The position numbers and the translations under genes were made by a program. Below, one piece after another: positions 39,992-55,800 of a stretch of 64,000 bases of DNA. The first letter of the stretch is position 1. Each line of letters starts with the position of its first letter. The DNA comes from Octopus vulgaris (taxonomy: Eukaryota), in NCBI GenBank assembly GCA_951406725.2, contig OX597828.1, positions 2,852,001 to 2,916,000 of the forward strand, given 5' to 3'. The notes under the pieces are model-generated. The model was not told the origin of the DNA. It ran no database searches and was given only the letters and a program-made list of their open reading frames with translations.

Positions 39992-40055
39992 TTACATTTA
40001 TGTATTTGTTTTGCAGGATTCTTGATGTGAAATCTTGTGTTGAAACAGATATTGT

Positions 40056-41014
40056 TATGCTTGGGGATGATCATCTTTTGCCAATTAAACAAATGCATTA
40101 TTTATTTGATCTTCACTTGAGATTTTATTATTATTATTCATTTGTTCGAATTCTTTCGTCACACACTTTCTGTGATCTCTTCAGAGACTTTCTGTCCCTC
40201 ATGTCTCCTCTTCTCTCACCCCTATCTATGCATGTGTTTATGTCTGTATATGTGTATTTGTGTGTGTCTATCTGTTTAGTATGTGTATGTGTGTCTTGTG
40301 TGCAAATATATGGATTTGTAGATTACACTGTTTGTACCCATGTTTTTTATTTATAGGAATGTAGTCTATAGTTTAAGGTTTAGAGGGGGACAGCACAGAA
40401 AAAGGATAATGACGTACATTGCAGAGACTGTGTGTAGCATAGGAGAGAGCATAAGTCAACACTGGCAGGAATTCAAGGAGAAAAGCTCATCAGTACTATA
40501 CCAGCATGCTCAAATACAACATGGATGTTCAGTTGATAATATAGATGTTAGGATCTTATTGACACACAGAACAGATACAGCACTCAGACAGATTACAGAG
40601 GCCATACACATAATAGAACATAGACCTAACCACAACAAAAAATGTGGATGGAGTAATAACACTCCCCCACTCCATCTCACTACATAACCTGATGACTAAA
40701 AACAAGATGAGAAAAGAAAAAGTAAATAAAAGACATGGGTAGAAACCCATATACATGCACACACACATATTAAACACATAGATACACACACAGATACAGA
40801 TGTAAAGGTATGTGCAGATAGGGATACATACCACAGAAAGACAAAATAGAATAGATAGGACAAGAATATATAGAGAAGAGGAGATATGAGGGACAAAATG
40901 TTACTGAAGAGGTAACAGAATGTGTAATGAAAGAACTGAAAAATAATAAATTATAACAAAGTGAAGATCAAATAAACAGTGTCTCATTGGCAAAAGATGA
41001 TCATCTCCAAATAT
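40056..41014 (+). mobile_element. Penelope-like element 3' part: GIY-YIG fragment, pLTR and upstream inverted pLTR
   Basis: ORF 40340-40687 'NVVYSL...TYIAET..SIGE.I.QH...SVLYQH..IQH...VRIL......RQITEAIHI...P.HN' is GIY-YIG-like; 40056-40217 is the approximate reverse complement of 40872-41014; both arms carry CUGAAGA...GAAA. Confidence 0.8.
40143..40188 (-). ncRNA. Hammerhead motif in inverted pLTR (partner decayed copy at 40899-40940 +)
   Basis: CUGAAGA-GaUCACA..UGUGAC-GAAA-GAAUUC-gaaca; stem I restored only by combining the two copies (UGUU/GAACA). Confidence 0.55.
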
Positions 41015-41019
41015 ACACA

Positions 41020-42501
<1,482 letters not shown>

Positions 42502-42765
42502 GTGAGAGAAAAATGTTAGTTTCCTCTTTCAATATATACTGCTGCTTGATTATTATATTTTTTTCTTTTTCATTCTTTCTCTTTCACCCTCCTCTCTTTC
42601 TCATTCAATTATGATATATGTTTGTAATGGGTATTTACATATAGTTTATGCATACATGCATAATGTATGTATGTGTAAAAATGTATACGTATTCATTTAT
42701 ACTATTTGTAAATCTTGTAAATAAATACATTTTGTGTGTGTGTATGTGCACATGTATGTATGTGA

Positions 42766-42798
<33 letters not shown>

Positions 42799-43259
42799 AA
42801 TATATATATCCTTAAGCATGCATCTGTATGAAATTTTGTGTGAATGTCGAAATGTTAACTTTCATATTCATCTTTTTTTTTTCAATAAAGTTTTGTAAAT
42901 TAATAAATCAAAAATCTTAAGCCTACAATGAATGCACATGTTTTATATATAAAGCATAGTAACTTCTGTACATATAGCTAACACAACTGAAGATGCTTGA
43001 TTTTACTAAAAACAAATCCTTTCTAATGCAACCCTTCCAAAAATTAACAATTGAATGATAGATTTACTTCAATTCTCCAGGAAAATTTGCTTATTATTTA
43101 CTCTGGGCTATATGTAGATTTTATACATACATACATGTATGTGTGTGTGTGGGGGTAGATGTACATTTAACATGCATCTGGATGTATGTTAAGTCAAATG
43201 TATGTATGTCTATATATATAATATATGCATATACATATGTATATATATATATACACGTA

Positions 43260-43302
<43 letters not shown>

Positions 43303-43488
43303 TTGTGTGAATATATATGTGTGTGTATGTTTGTATATATATATATATATCTCATGCACACACGTATGTGTCTGTGTGTGTATATTTAAAAACATATATG
43401 TACATATGTACTTGTGTGTGTCTTGATATATATGTCTGTATATATTTAAATATAACTCCTCTTTTTTTTAAGCCAAAACAATAAAAGT

Positions 43489-43616
43489 TTAAAAAATACA
43501 GGTTGATGGTTAAGTATATTAACTGGTATTTCAAAATTTTAGGATGAAGACTCTACCTAATCCTGAAATATTGAAGTACCAGATAGTAGAACTAACCATC
43601 AACCTGTATTTTTTAA
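43489..43616. repeat. ~128-bp imperfect palindrome
   Basis: ttaaaaaatacaggttgatggtta / taaccatcaacctgtattttttaa, plus inner ctggtatttcaa..aggat / atcct..ttgaagtaccag. Confidence 0.8.
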
Positions 43617-43750
43617 TTGTAAAACTTGCATTGTTTTGTGCTTAAAAAAAATATTTAAAAGACTTATATATATGAGACAATGCTTCATAACAACTATACT
43701 GTTTTATATATATATATATATTCAAACATATATAAACACACAATATATGT

Positions 43751-43797
<47 letters not shown>

Positions 43798-44533
43798 AGA
43801 GCATCTGTGCGTGTGTGGATTTTTAATTTATCTACAAAGGTGTTTAAAAACATTTGCCTGGATAATATCTTTATAGGTTATTTTGAAATGATTTACACCT
43901 CTCAGTCGTAGTGTCTTCTTCATCTTCTGGGTCGGAAAGGAAGAGAAAGAAATTATTTTCAAACATGAGATTCTAAGAGCTTACAAAAATATTTAATGTA
44001 CTTTGAAAGAACTATAATGGTACATTTTACTGAGAATATTCTGTTTTTGCTAATGCCCATGCTTGTAATAGGTAAATACACTTTACAGTGATGAAGATTG
44101 AAATACTGAACACTTTTTATATCCCTTAACATATATAGTATAAGATGTGTGTACTGTGTGTGTATGTGTGTATATAGATATACATACACACACACATATA
44201 CATACACCTTCTATATTTCATATATGATTTGACACGTGAAAACAGCTTCCCACTGGCATAGGCTTCGAGCAATGAACAAGCTAATCACACCCAACTGTTA
44301 TCCATCAGATGCGATTTCAAGTTCAGCATGTGTACAGCAGATGAGATCAGGAAAAAGAAAAATAAATTTTGAAAACCTCAACTGTACCATACTGTCATGG
44401 CTATTCTTGCTTGCTTCCATTGCTAGTAACTTTTTTTGTTGATATGAAACTCAGCTTGTTTGGTAAAATGGGAATTATGCCTGTATATGTGTGTGTATGT
44501 ATTTATATATTTGTGTGTTTGTATATACCTATT

Positions 44534-44574
<41 letters not shown>

Positions 44575-45428
44575 GCATATGCACATATACATGCATATAT
44601 ATATGTATAGTTATGTATATACACACATATGCATATGTATATATATGAACACTGCACACATGTATAAATACATATATCTATGTGTGTGTGTGTAAATGCA
44701 TGAATAAAATCATACACAACATGTTCAATAAACATATATTTAGTCATGCCGTGAAATTATACAGTGAGCAAGATTGTTTAGTAAGTCAAAAATTGAAGAA
44801 CTGACTGACCTATGTTTAATATTTTTAAGACTTATCAAGGCCTTTCAACCTCAGCTCCCAGCTAATGAATTTGCAAAGAGTAACTCTTTTGGAAAAATAT
44901 AAACAAATTCTTACTCATGTAATGTTATTTACATTTATATGTTTATTAAATATATTGTATATGATTTCATATACACATTTATTCAAAACAACTGTGTTGC
45001 TGCTTTCGTTAATATATGTATACGTACACACACACACACACACACACACACATGCACATGCACATACGTGTGCATGCACACACAACACACTCACACACAT
45101 TGTACTTTAGGAAGGTCATTCTGCCAATACCAAACACCCTGGCTGTCATTTGATTTTTTAAAATTTTCAACATTAATCATTCTAGCCTTCAGTCCAACCT
45201 TTACTCCCTTAGTAACATTAGAATTAAAACCAATTCTATAAACACTACTGACACTGAGGACAGTAATACTGATAACCTCTTACATATAATATGATATGCA
45301 AATATCCTACTAACCTGCAATTCAATAACAGATTCTGCATCTCACCTTTGCAGTTGAGGAAAGAAAAGCAAAATTTACACTTGCTAGAATGAAATTTAAA
45401 CAAATTTTAAGGCAAATATATATATATA

Positions 45429-46545
45429 TCATCATCATCATTGTTTAGCGTCTGTTTTCCATGCTAACATGGATTGGATGGTTCGACTGGGATCTGGGAA
45501 GCCAGGAGGCTGCACCAGGCTCCAGTCTGATCTGGCAGTGTTTCTACAGCTATATGCCCTTCCTAATGCCAACCACTCCGTGAGTGTAGTGGGTGCTTTT
45601 TACGTGCCACCAGCATGGAAGCCAGTCAAGGCAGCGCTGGCATTGTCCACGTTCGGTTGGTGCTTTTTACGTGCCATCAACACAGGTATCATAACTACAA
45701 TTTCCATTTGATTTTTTGATGTTGATGTACTTAACTCAATAGGTCTCCTCAAGCACAGCAGGTCACCCTATGATCCAAGGTAAGCACAGCAGGCCGTCCT
45801 GCGATCCAAGGCACTTTGAGTGGGCTGGGGCTTCTATGTGAAGTGGGTGCAGGAAACAGCCATGAACTCACGTTATTTGTTGGGTCTTCGCAGTCACAGC
45901 ATATCTCCAGAGGTCTCGGTCTTTCGTCATTGCCTCTGTGAGACCCAACGTTTGAAGGTCATGCTTGACCACCTTCATCCCATGTCTTCCTGGGTCTACC
46001 TCGACCTCGGATTCCTTCAACTGTTTGGGAGTGGCACTTCTTCACACATCTCTCCTCATCCATCCGTAGTACATGACCATACCAACGCAGACGTCTCTCT
46101 TGCACGCCACATCCAATGCATTTCTCTCAGGGCACCTACACTCTGTCGTGTGTGCACACTGACATTACACATCCAGCGGATCATGCTAGCTTCATTTCTT
46201 TCAAGCCTACGCATCTCCTCTGCAGTCACAGCCCATGTTTCACTACCATGAAGCATGGCAGTTCACACACATGCGTTGTACAATCTACCATTCACTCTGA
46301 GTGAGAGACCTTTTGTCACCAGTAGGAGTAGGAGCTTTCTAAACTTTGCTCAGGCTATTCTTATTCTAGTGGTAACACTCTCTGAGCATCCACCCCCCAC
46401 TACTAACTTGGTCACCTAGGTAGTGGAAACTATCAACTACTTCTAGTTTTTCCCCCAGGAGTGAAATGGAATCTGTTTTCTGAATATCAATGGTGTCTAT
46501 TACCCCTGTGCATCTGCTGCACACGAAAGCTATCTTCTCGGTTAA
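45429..46545 (-). mobile_element. RTE/BovB-like LINE 3' fragment with (gat)n tail
   Basis: 'MLHGSETWAVTAEEMRRLERNEASMIRWMCNV'; (cat)n at 45429; the same 3' tail recurs at about 10560-10770, 20425-20785, 24218-24480 and 58615-58718. Confidence 0.85.
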
Positions 46546-48499
46546 TTATATATACATATATATATATAACAGAGAAACAGAGTGATGGTAGTCCACCAAC
46601 TTGATATTGAGGCCATAAATGAATATCTCCAGCAACTATTAGTTGTCATGTCTCCTGTCAGTGATCATACATTCATGAACAGAGATGTTTCCAAGTGTCT
46701 GCAGTGGCACTGAAGACTTTGGTATATTGACAATTCATACAAACTTGCAGATTGCATTATAGGTAGCATTGGTGTAGTAACCATATATACAACAAATGAT
46801 ATTGATTTTACAGTAAATATGAATGGAGATATGATTTACATTAGTGATGTTATCTTTCTCAATGTGAAGACACAGCCAACCTACTCATGGTATACCAGAA
46901 TAAGCAACTCTATCTAACAAAGTGATCCATATCTGTGATGATGTACTCTCAAAATGTAGATGATAAATACTTTGTACTTAAAATAATGACACAAGCTGAC
47001 ATCCAAAAATTAGGAAAAAATCACTATGGAAAGCATTTAACACAGAGCAAATTCCCTCTCCAGAGCATCCAGGTGACCAGCACTCCAACAAACAACTACT
47101 TGTTCTAGCTTCTGAACTATGACTGGAAATTATTCATGTCAAAAAAACTACTCCTCCTCCTCCTCCTCTTATGTGACATCTGTGACCACTAACCAGCTGG
47201 TCCTTGGGAGTTTCACTACATTTACAAATGTAAAAATTAACAAACTCATTTCAGATACAGTAAAGGGGATGATAGATGCATCCCAACTGCATTAACCCTA
47301 AAAAATGCAAAAGCATACACAGGATTTCATAGAAGAGTATAGGAAAGGTTTGAAGCTTTCAACAGCAACTATACAAATGGAGTGTGCCCCACAGGAAGAA
47401 AAAAATAAATAGACAAGACAGGCTAACAGTATAATCAGAAATTCCAAATTGCAATGTTTATTGAAGTTATTCCCAAGAGCTTTAGAAAAGAACTTCATGA
47501 GAAAAAAACTGGAAATTACAGTAACAGAAAACAGCTCCATTTCATGATTAGTAAGTCATGTCTATTTTAAAAGCAAGACTTCGCACCAACAACTGCAGAG
47601 TGTGCACAACCAACCCACAAATAAACTGTAAACTAGGGACATGAGGTGCATGAAAGAGCAGTGCAATGATACTCCAATCACAACCTGTATAAGAGAAACA
47701 GTCCATTGTATAAGCAAAAGAATTGGTGTGCACTAGTGTGAATATGGTACAAAGTAACATACTTTACTAACATTCCATTAAAAAAATAGACAACTAAACA
47801 AAGTTAAAATAAATATTATTTCTACATTCAAATGATCAAATATTGTGAAACATTACTGAATTGATAATATTAATGGACAAAGAATGCAAACCTTTAAAAA
47901 TCAGTATACCAACACACCACCACCTCCTCTATTACACATACATACACAACACACACTCATGTTATGAATAGCAAAAAACAAACAAAATGAAAATAAGAAC
48001 AGAAACAAAGTACACACACATACATGTGCATTGCATGCACAAATGCTTGACAACATACAAATAACAAGCAAAAGAAGAAATAAAAATCAGGTGCAGAAGT
48101 GGAAATCAAGTTGTTGAGAAGACCACAGATATATGAAAACTTTTGATAGACCAAACAAACTAATCAATGAATGAATAATTTGTTAAATAATAAGTATTAA
48201 TGTTAACAATATGAAAATGAAATGCAACCAATGGATGCTTCCATTGGTAGGATGCCCTTCTTAAAGTATGACTATCTGCTTCAACATATGGTTTCACATA
48301 TAAAGTCTTGTAAAACAAAAATAAAAACCAAAATATAAACACATCACTCACTCACATACACACAGCCTATCATCTTCATTTTAATGTCCCCTATTGCATG
48401 AGTCAGGCAGAGATTTTTGTGGCGGATTTTTCTATGGCCTGATGCCTTTCCTATCACCAACCCTCAAGTGTTTCTTGTTAAATGATATTGTATTTACTG

Positions 48500-48976
48500 C
48501 AGGCATGGCCATATGGTAAGAAGCTTGCTTACCAACCATATGATTCCGGGTTCAGTCCCACTTCATGGCACCTTGGGCAAGTATCTTCTACTATACCCTC
48601 GGGCCAACCAAATCCTTGTGAGTGGATTTGGTAGACAGAAACTGGAAGAAGCCCATCGTATATATGTATATTTATATATATATAAAATATGAATTAGAGA
48701 TAAAACCACTTTAATACTAAATTGAATTTTTCCCTGTAAGTTTGGAGTTATACTCTCTAATATTATTATAAATATAGTGTGTGTGTCTGTCTGTGTTTGT
48801 CCTCCCACCATTACTTGATAACTAATGCTGGTGTATTTATGTCCCTGTAACTTACTGGTTTGGCAAAAGGGACCGATAGAATAAGTAGTAGGCTTACAAA
48901 GAATATGTCCTGGGGTTATTTGTTTGATTAAAAGCAGTGCTCAAGCATAGTCAGTCAAATGACTGAAACAAAAGAG
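48500..48976 (+). mobile_element. SINE family A copy with a small palindromic insert in its (TA) tract
   Basis: Full head and tail; insert aattagaga...tctctaat at about 48692-48762. Confidence 0.8.
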
Positions 48977-50948
48977 TATGTATATATATATATATATATA
49001 TAATATAATATGGGACAGTGTTGAAAGCTGATCTCAGAGCCCTAAACCTTATGAAGATGACAAAAAAACTGGGATGACTGAAAAGATGTGCTTCTTAAGA
49101 AGTCCCACCTCAATGAAATGGAGTCAAGAAGCACTATTTATGTGTGTGTATGTATCTATACATGTATATGTGTGAGTGTGCATTCATGCACCACCGGGTC
49201 TTTAGCCTAATTTTCTCCTCAAAACACTTCTGCCATCCATCATCTCTCTTACTGCAGCTCTTCTTTGATACTACTTAGTTTTCTTACTACTTTGAACCAT
49301 TTCACTTGTCATTCCCACCCTCCACCTGCTTCATCCATTAATACTGTTCTCTCCATCCTCACTTTTCATTGATTCCCCACTGAGTCACCATATCTCACTT
49401 CCTTTACTACTATACATCTCTGACTCTCCTCATGCACTAAGCCTACCTCTCTCCTGCAGCTTACCCAACCACGTTTCATCTCTCTCTCTCTCTCATCCCT
49501 CTCCTGTCTATTGTATTAGCATTACTATTCTGCTGTTCTCAGCCTCCACCTTTTTACCTGCATTGTCAGTCATTTCCTACTCCCTATTATATCCCCTAAC
49601 TCATGCATTATTGGTTATCCCCTCCCCACTTAACCACCCTTGAATCCTTCCCAGTCTTTATAGTTGTCACCTACCTCCCCTCCTTCCACCCATCTCTTCG
49701 CCATCTACTCTTGCAACCTCCACCCATCCATACTTTTGGTTCCTCTCTTTTACTCACATCCACTCACCTGGTTCTTTGAGGGTCCACCTAGGCACCTCAC
49801 TATCAGTTTTTTATCTCTTTCCAGTTTTTTATCTCCGACCCTCATTTTTAAAATGTGACAGTTATGTAGTTCTTTTCCAGCAAGAAGGCTCTGACCCCAT
49901 CTCTCATACTTTAACTACTCATCTCCCAAACATAAAGGTTTAGTTTGACCATCCTCCCTGATGCCTCAAGGATTTCATGCAAGCACACATCCATCACGGT
50001 CCCCCATGTATGTTTGCAATTCATCAACATTTACCATTCCACTGTCCTGGAGCAAGCTATGTTACACATTTTCTTCCCCTATTGATTCTTCCTGGTTCTT
50101 CTAGGTACCTGATGCAATGACAAACAATTCTCATTCTTCTCTGCAGAATCTTCTCAGTTGCTTTGGGTCAGATCTTGATAATCCTGCTCATTGGTTAAAC
50201 GAACTCCCCATGTAACATTCAGGGCCATTTTTAACATTCTTGTGTAGCTGCTCCTTTTAAAGTTTGCAGTCTTGCAAACTGCAAGGCAACCTCCCTAGTG
50301 CTGGTCCCACAAAAAAAGCAGTTCATGCTGTAAAGTAATTGGCGCAAGAAAGGGCATCCAGCCATAGAAACCATGCCAAACAACACTGGAGTACAAAGTA
50401 TAATTTGGATCCATAGGATTCAGCAGCATAGAACATGGATGTCTTAAATGATGATGATGATGATGATATATGCACACACACCCACATGTATATCTATATA
50501 CAATGTATTTGTAATTTGTTTGTCATAGGACTAGTTTAATCTACAAAGAGAACTGAATTGCATATTTCCATATACCAAATTCTTTAAAATACCAACATTT
50601 AAAAGTAACAAAACAGTGACTTATAAACAATCAACATTCCATACCTAATATATTTGTTGTATCTAAACTTTATTGACCTCCCAGGTATCTTGTACTTCTA
50701 AAATATATTAAAACCATTTTTTTATATTTCTTTTCTTTTTTTTTTTTTACAGTCTTAGAATTACCAAAGAGTAGTAACTCTTTACTTGTTTGTCTCTTCA
50801 AATAAATATTTCATAAGTCACGAAAGAGTACATATATATCTATACATACATGCACATGTGTGCGTATATTTGTGGTTCAACCCATGCTAGCATGGAAAAG
50901 ATGATAATGATGATGTACAATGTATGTGCATTTGTGTGTGTATGTATG

Positions 50949-51000
<52 letters not shown>

Positions 51001-51040
51001 GTTTATTGGCTAAACTGGCAAAATGACCATTCCAAAATAT

Positions 51041-51085
<45 letters not shown>

Positions 51086-51260
51086 TAAAATTGGTAAGAT
51101 AACAAAAGAAAGAAAGAGACCTCAATATTATGTAAATAGAGGAAATTTATCTGTAAAAATGGCCAGATAACCGAAGAGATGGTGTTGTGGATTTCCACTT
51201 CGGCATCAGAAACTCAGAGTTTTATCTTGGCTATTGAATAATTGTCACATATTAATTTAC

Positions 51261-51295
<35 letters not shown>

Positions 51296-51339
51296 TATTG
51301 TTATATTATAAATATATAAATAATATTTATTCCAGAATA

Positions 51340-52240
51340 TGATTTGAATATATCTCATCAGAATTAGAAGAAAAAATTATTTCCTTTGTTTAGTTAAAAT
51401 TTTTGAGAAATAAAGATAATGTGGATATTTTTAAAGCCATCAGGTGTAAGCAATGGGCATATTTCAATCTTATTGAACCTTCTCAGTAAAGCAAGTACTG
51501 TTCTGTTGGTAAGCCTGTTAAATGATCAAGGAGAGATAATGTATTGATACTGGTTATGACTATCAACAAACTCCTTCCAGGAATTAATTAAAATCCAAAA
51601 CCATCACAGACTGTTCTTGATCTATAACCATCACAGGGGTTCTTCAATTCTAACTGTAGAAAGAATTTCAGTTATATGAAGTTCTTCAACTCATAGTATT
51701 ACATGTGTAACACTATTATATTTTGTAATTAGTATGGTAGAATACTTTCTTGCAGTGTTTACTCTTCGTTATATTGTTGATATTTATAATCAACATCATT
51801 GCATTCCTTCTTCTATTTCTTTATATATTGATCACATTTAAGTTCTGCCAGCAAAGTAGGATATTCTTTATTGAGGAAATCTAGTAAGCTCAAAATATGT
51901 CTTTTGCTTTCACATTTTAGCCTCAAACACAAGAAAAATTATATCTCTATTTTGCAAAAATTCCAGTCGGAGTTATCAGCTTGTCTTTTTTTTTTACATT
52001 TTAAAGATTTGTTGAGGAAGTTTTCACCTTACTAATTGTATGAATAATCTCCAGGTTGTTCAACTATATTACATATGCAAGACTGTAGCATATGTGTATT
52101 TAGTATGCAACATACTTTCCTGGGGTATTTTTCTCCAGCCTTTTGTTTTTTGTTGGTGGGATCTTGTGTGTCCTTATTTTACAGGATATTTTTTTAAGTA
52201 TTTCTATAGGGTTTTAAATTGAGCTCTATGATACTAAAAG
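51340..52240 (-). mobile_element. Very degenerate Penelope-like remnant
   Basis: Composition and weak motif similarity to the 16880-18280 element; CUGAUGA with decayed stem at its minus-strand 3' end (51355-51361). Confidence 0.3.
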
Positions 52241-52559
52241 ATCAAAACAGCAATTTGTGTCCTTTCAAATTCCTGTGAAAAAAGATTTTAAATCAAATTA
52301 AGTTACAATTGATCTATATAATAATAATAATCCTTTCTACTATAGGCACAAGTCCTGACATTTTGGAAGATGTAGGTAAGTCAGCCACATGGACCCTAGT
52401 ACTCAAACTTAACTAGTACTTATTGTATCAACCCTAAAAGGACAAGAGGTCAACTTTGCTTTTCATCCTTTCAGGGTCAATAAAATAAGTACTAATTCAG
52501 TATTGTGGTTGATGCAATCAACTAGCCTTCTCCCACAAAATTTCAGGCTTATCATCATC

Positions 52560-52690
<131 letters not shown>

Positions 52691-53293
52691 ACATCTGAAG
52701 GGCAGAGGTTGAAGGAAACTTCATGGATAAATTTCAAAAACAGTGGGGTTTAAGCAGAATCAATTATGAAAAAGAAAAGACATGGAAAATAAAAGCAAGC
52801 AAAAAGTATAAAATAAGGCACCCTAAAAGGTTAATCCATTTAGGGCCAATTGATGTATTCGATAGATTCCTGACTAATTTGACTACAAATGGCAAATGCC
52901 ATCTTCCAGCTAAGTTCCCAAGCTTTCAGATGTATGGTGGAATGTGAAGAAGTTGATGAAGGCTTATTGATTTCTAATTTCAGTATAATACTGCAAATTT
53001 ACTGGGGAAAAAATATAATCTAACGAACTTTAATACACAACTGCTACATATTCCATCACACACATACACACACACACACCCTCTCTGTGAGTTGAAAAGT
53101 AGAGTTCTCTCCAATGTGATTTGAACTCTGATCATAGAGATAGAAAAATAAAGACCCCCAAGGCATATAACCTGGCACTCAGCCATATCTGCTATCCATT
53201 ATAATGAAGATAGTTACATTAGCCAAAGGATAATGTAAATTTGTTGGTTTGAGATTAAGTCAAACAAACCATCCTTAGTATATGGCTAGTACT

Positions 53294-53505
53294 AAGGTGG
53301 TGAGCTGTCTGAATCCTTAGCATGTTGGGCAAAATGATTAGCAGCATTTCGTCTGTCTTTACATTCTGAGTTCAAATTCCAGCAAGGTCGCCTTTGCCTT
53401 GCATCCTTCCAGGATCAATAAAACAAATACTAGTTTAGCAGTGGGGGGGTGGATCGATATAACCACTTAGCCCCCCTTCCCAGAACTTGCTGGCCTTGAA
53501 ACCAA
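53294..53505 (+). mobile_element. SINE family B copy
   Basis: aaggtggtgagctg...gagttcaaattcc...gccttgcatccttcc. Confidence 0.75.
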
Positions 53506-54244
53506 TATATGGCTAGTTCTTATTGTATTTCACCAGCCCTCAAGCAATGAAATTTGAAGTCAATGACAATGGAATATGAACTCAGAATCTAGAGGCATGA
53601 AGCCAAATCCTATAAGGCATCCAGTCTTGTAGTCTCCTACTTCTGGCTCTCCAGAAAATTTATTGCTATTAGTAATAATATTATTGCTTTTGTAATTGCT
53701 ACATATGAGATGATATATAATTATTTCTGAAAAATTAACAGGTTACTTAGCACAGACACAGGACAAGTTCCAGAACATAACAAATGTAGTCTATAAATGT
53801 TGCAAGAAATTTTGGAGCATTTAACCTTGACCATTTGTAAGTGGGTGTGGAACAAGAAGTTGCTCATTCTCTGTGATACATAAAAGGGAACTATTTGTGT
53901 ACTTCCGAAAATAAATACATAAATATTGATGATATTCTTCAAGGAGAATATATAATGGTGTTTTTTTTTGTTTTGTTTTTTTGTTATATAAGCTTTAAAT
54001 CTTACTTGAAACCAGACTTGTTCAATCAGAGCTGGCCTTGAGATATGAACTAACCTTGTTCATGAGACATTCATTAGTTTTGGAAGATGGGAATAAGAAT
54101 TATCAATGCTAATTATATCTTTGAAACATTGATAACAACAAGTTTTAAATACTAGTAGCAGTAAAATAATGAAAATAACTATGGAACACTTCAAATTATG
54201 CATATATAATAATGAGCTTAGTGTTTTTATTTATTGCCATGCTA

Positions 54245-54291
<47 letters not shown>

Positions 54292-55128
54292 AGAAGGAAA
54301 AGACAAATAGAAAATGAGGAAAAAAATAAAAGAGAGTGGAAAGATGTCTATCAAAACAAGGACAGAGTGAGTGCGAGATCACAGTTTTACTATAAATATT
54401 GTGATAAAAGAACTGGAGCTATGATAATTACCTGTAAATCTTTCAATGTTATGTAAATAATATTGTAATATTTTTGCTAATATTATATCATTATTGTTAA
54501 TTTTTATAACTATCATTAAACTGTTTAGCACTACAGTCAAACACAGTCTCATCAATTTACTGTCATAATTATGGCAAATACCAAGAATATGAATAGTTTA
54601 ACATATAATACTTCTGTGCTTTAAATATTTTCATTATTTGAAAAATAATCAATAAGAATGATGCAAAAGAAAAATCATGGAGTCAGCTATCACTGAGAAA
54701 TACGGGGTAAAATATTGTCTGCGCCACCAGAAACAGTTTGACCAAATAATTGAGGCCTGAGGAACTCAAAACTAATCTGCTTTGGATAAAATGCCAGACA
54801 TTATTAAAGATACAGGTGTGTTGCTATTTCAAAGATCATTACTTTCAGTGTCTATGTTTGCATTGAAAGAACAAAAATATTTAAAGAATGAAAGTATTCT
54901 TGAATGAGACTATTTACATTCTTGATTATGTCTTCACTATCCTTGTTTAGTTAAGGTTGTAGGTATTAAATCAGAGACCCACGTTTGCTAGAAGTGCCAA
55001 ATGTTTAGTAGATCGATAAGAAATGTTATAAGTTGTTATTTTTGACATTGGTGTTTATATGTTTATATATCATTGTGACTTGTCATTTTTATTGGGCACC
55101 ATGTACTATCACATTTATGAATTATTAG

Positions 55129-55162
55129 TCTCGGCCTTTTGGCTATGATCAAAGTGCAATAT
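55129..55162 (+). pseudogene. 5' fragment of U2 snRNA
   Basis: tctcggccttttggctatgatcaaagtgcaatat vs conserved U2 5' end TCTCGGCCTTTTGGCTAAGATCAAGTGTAGTAT; no downstream U2 sequence or Sm site. Confidence 0.75.
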
Positions 55163-55419
55163 TTAATTACTAAATACAAAGTATAAAGTCTTAGCAGTGA
55201 TTTCACTTGTACTGTGTACAGATAATCCTTTCTGTATAATTAATAATTAAAAAAAACTGTCATAATCTTTGACAACATAAGCACATTATTATTTACATAA
55301 ATAGTATTTGTCTACAAGTTCTAGGGTTGATACAATTGATTATACTCTTGAACCAGGTGCTCCAACATAGCCATAATCAAAAAGCTGACAGCAACTAAAG
55401 AAAAGAATACGATAAATGA

Positions 55420-55800
55420 TAGGCATGGCTGTGTGGTAAGAAGCTTGCTTCACAACCACATGGTTCTAGGTTCAGTTCCACTGTATGGCACCTTGGGCAA
55501 GTATCTTCTATTATAGCCTCAGGCTGACCAAATCCTTGCGAGAGGATTTGGTAGAAAGAAGCCCATCATATATATCTGTGTGTGTGTGTGTCTTTGCATC
55601 TGTGCTTGTCCCCTCATTACCACTTGACAACTAGTGTTGGTGTGTTTACATCCCTGTATTTAATGGTTTGGTAAAAGAGACCAATAGAATAAGTACTAGG
55701 CTTAAAAAATAAGTCCTGGGACGGTTTCTTTGATTAAAACCCTTCAAGGCAGTGCTTCAACATGGCCACAGTCAGATGACTGAAACAAGTAAAAGATAGA
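55420..55800 (+). mobile_element. SINE family A copy
   Basis: Full head and tail. Confidence 0.85.

Noticed and set aside
46570-47900. Possible old LINE remnant on +
   Set aside because: Only vague compositional similarity; no motif I could read with confidence.
51165-51215. ccgaag...cttcgg hairpin next to CUGAUG (minus)
   Set aside because: No GAAA or cleavage triplet in register.
54677-54790. Short coding-looking stretch (MESAITEKYGVKYCLRHQKQFDQIIEA on +; QISFEFLRPQLFG... on -)
   Set aside because: Under 30 aa, no homology recognised and no convincing exon partners.
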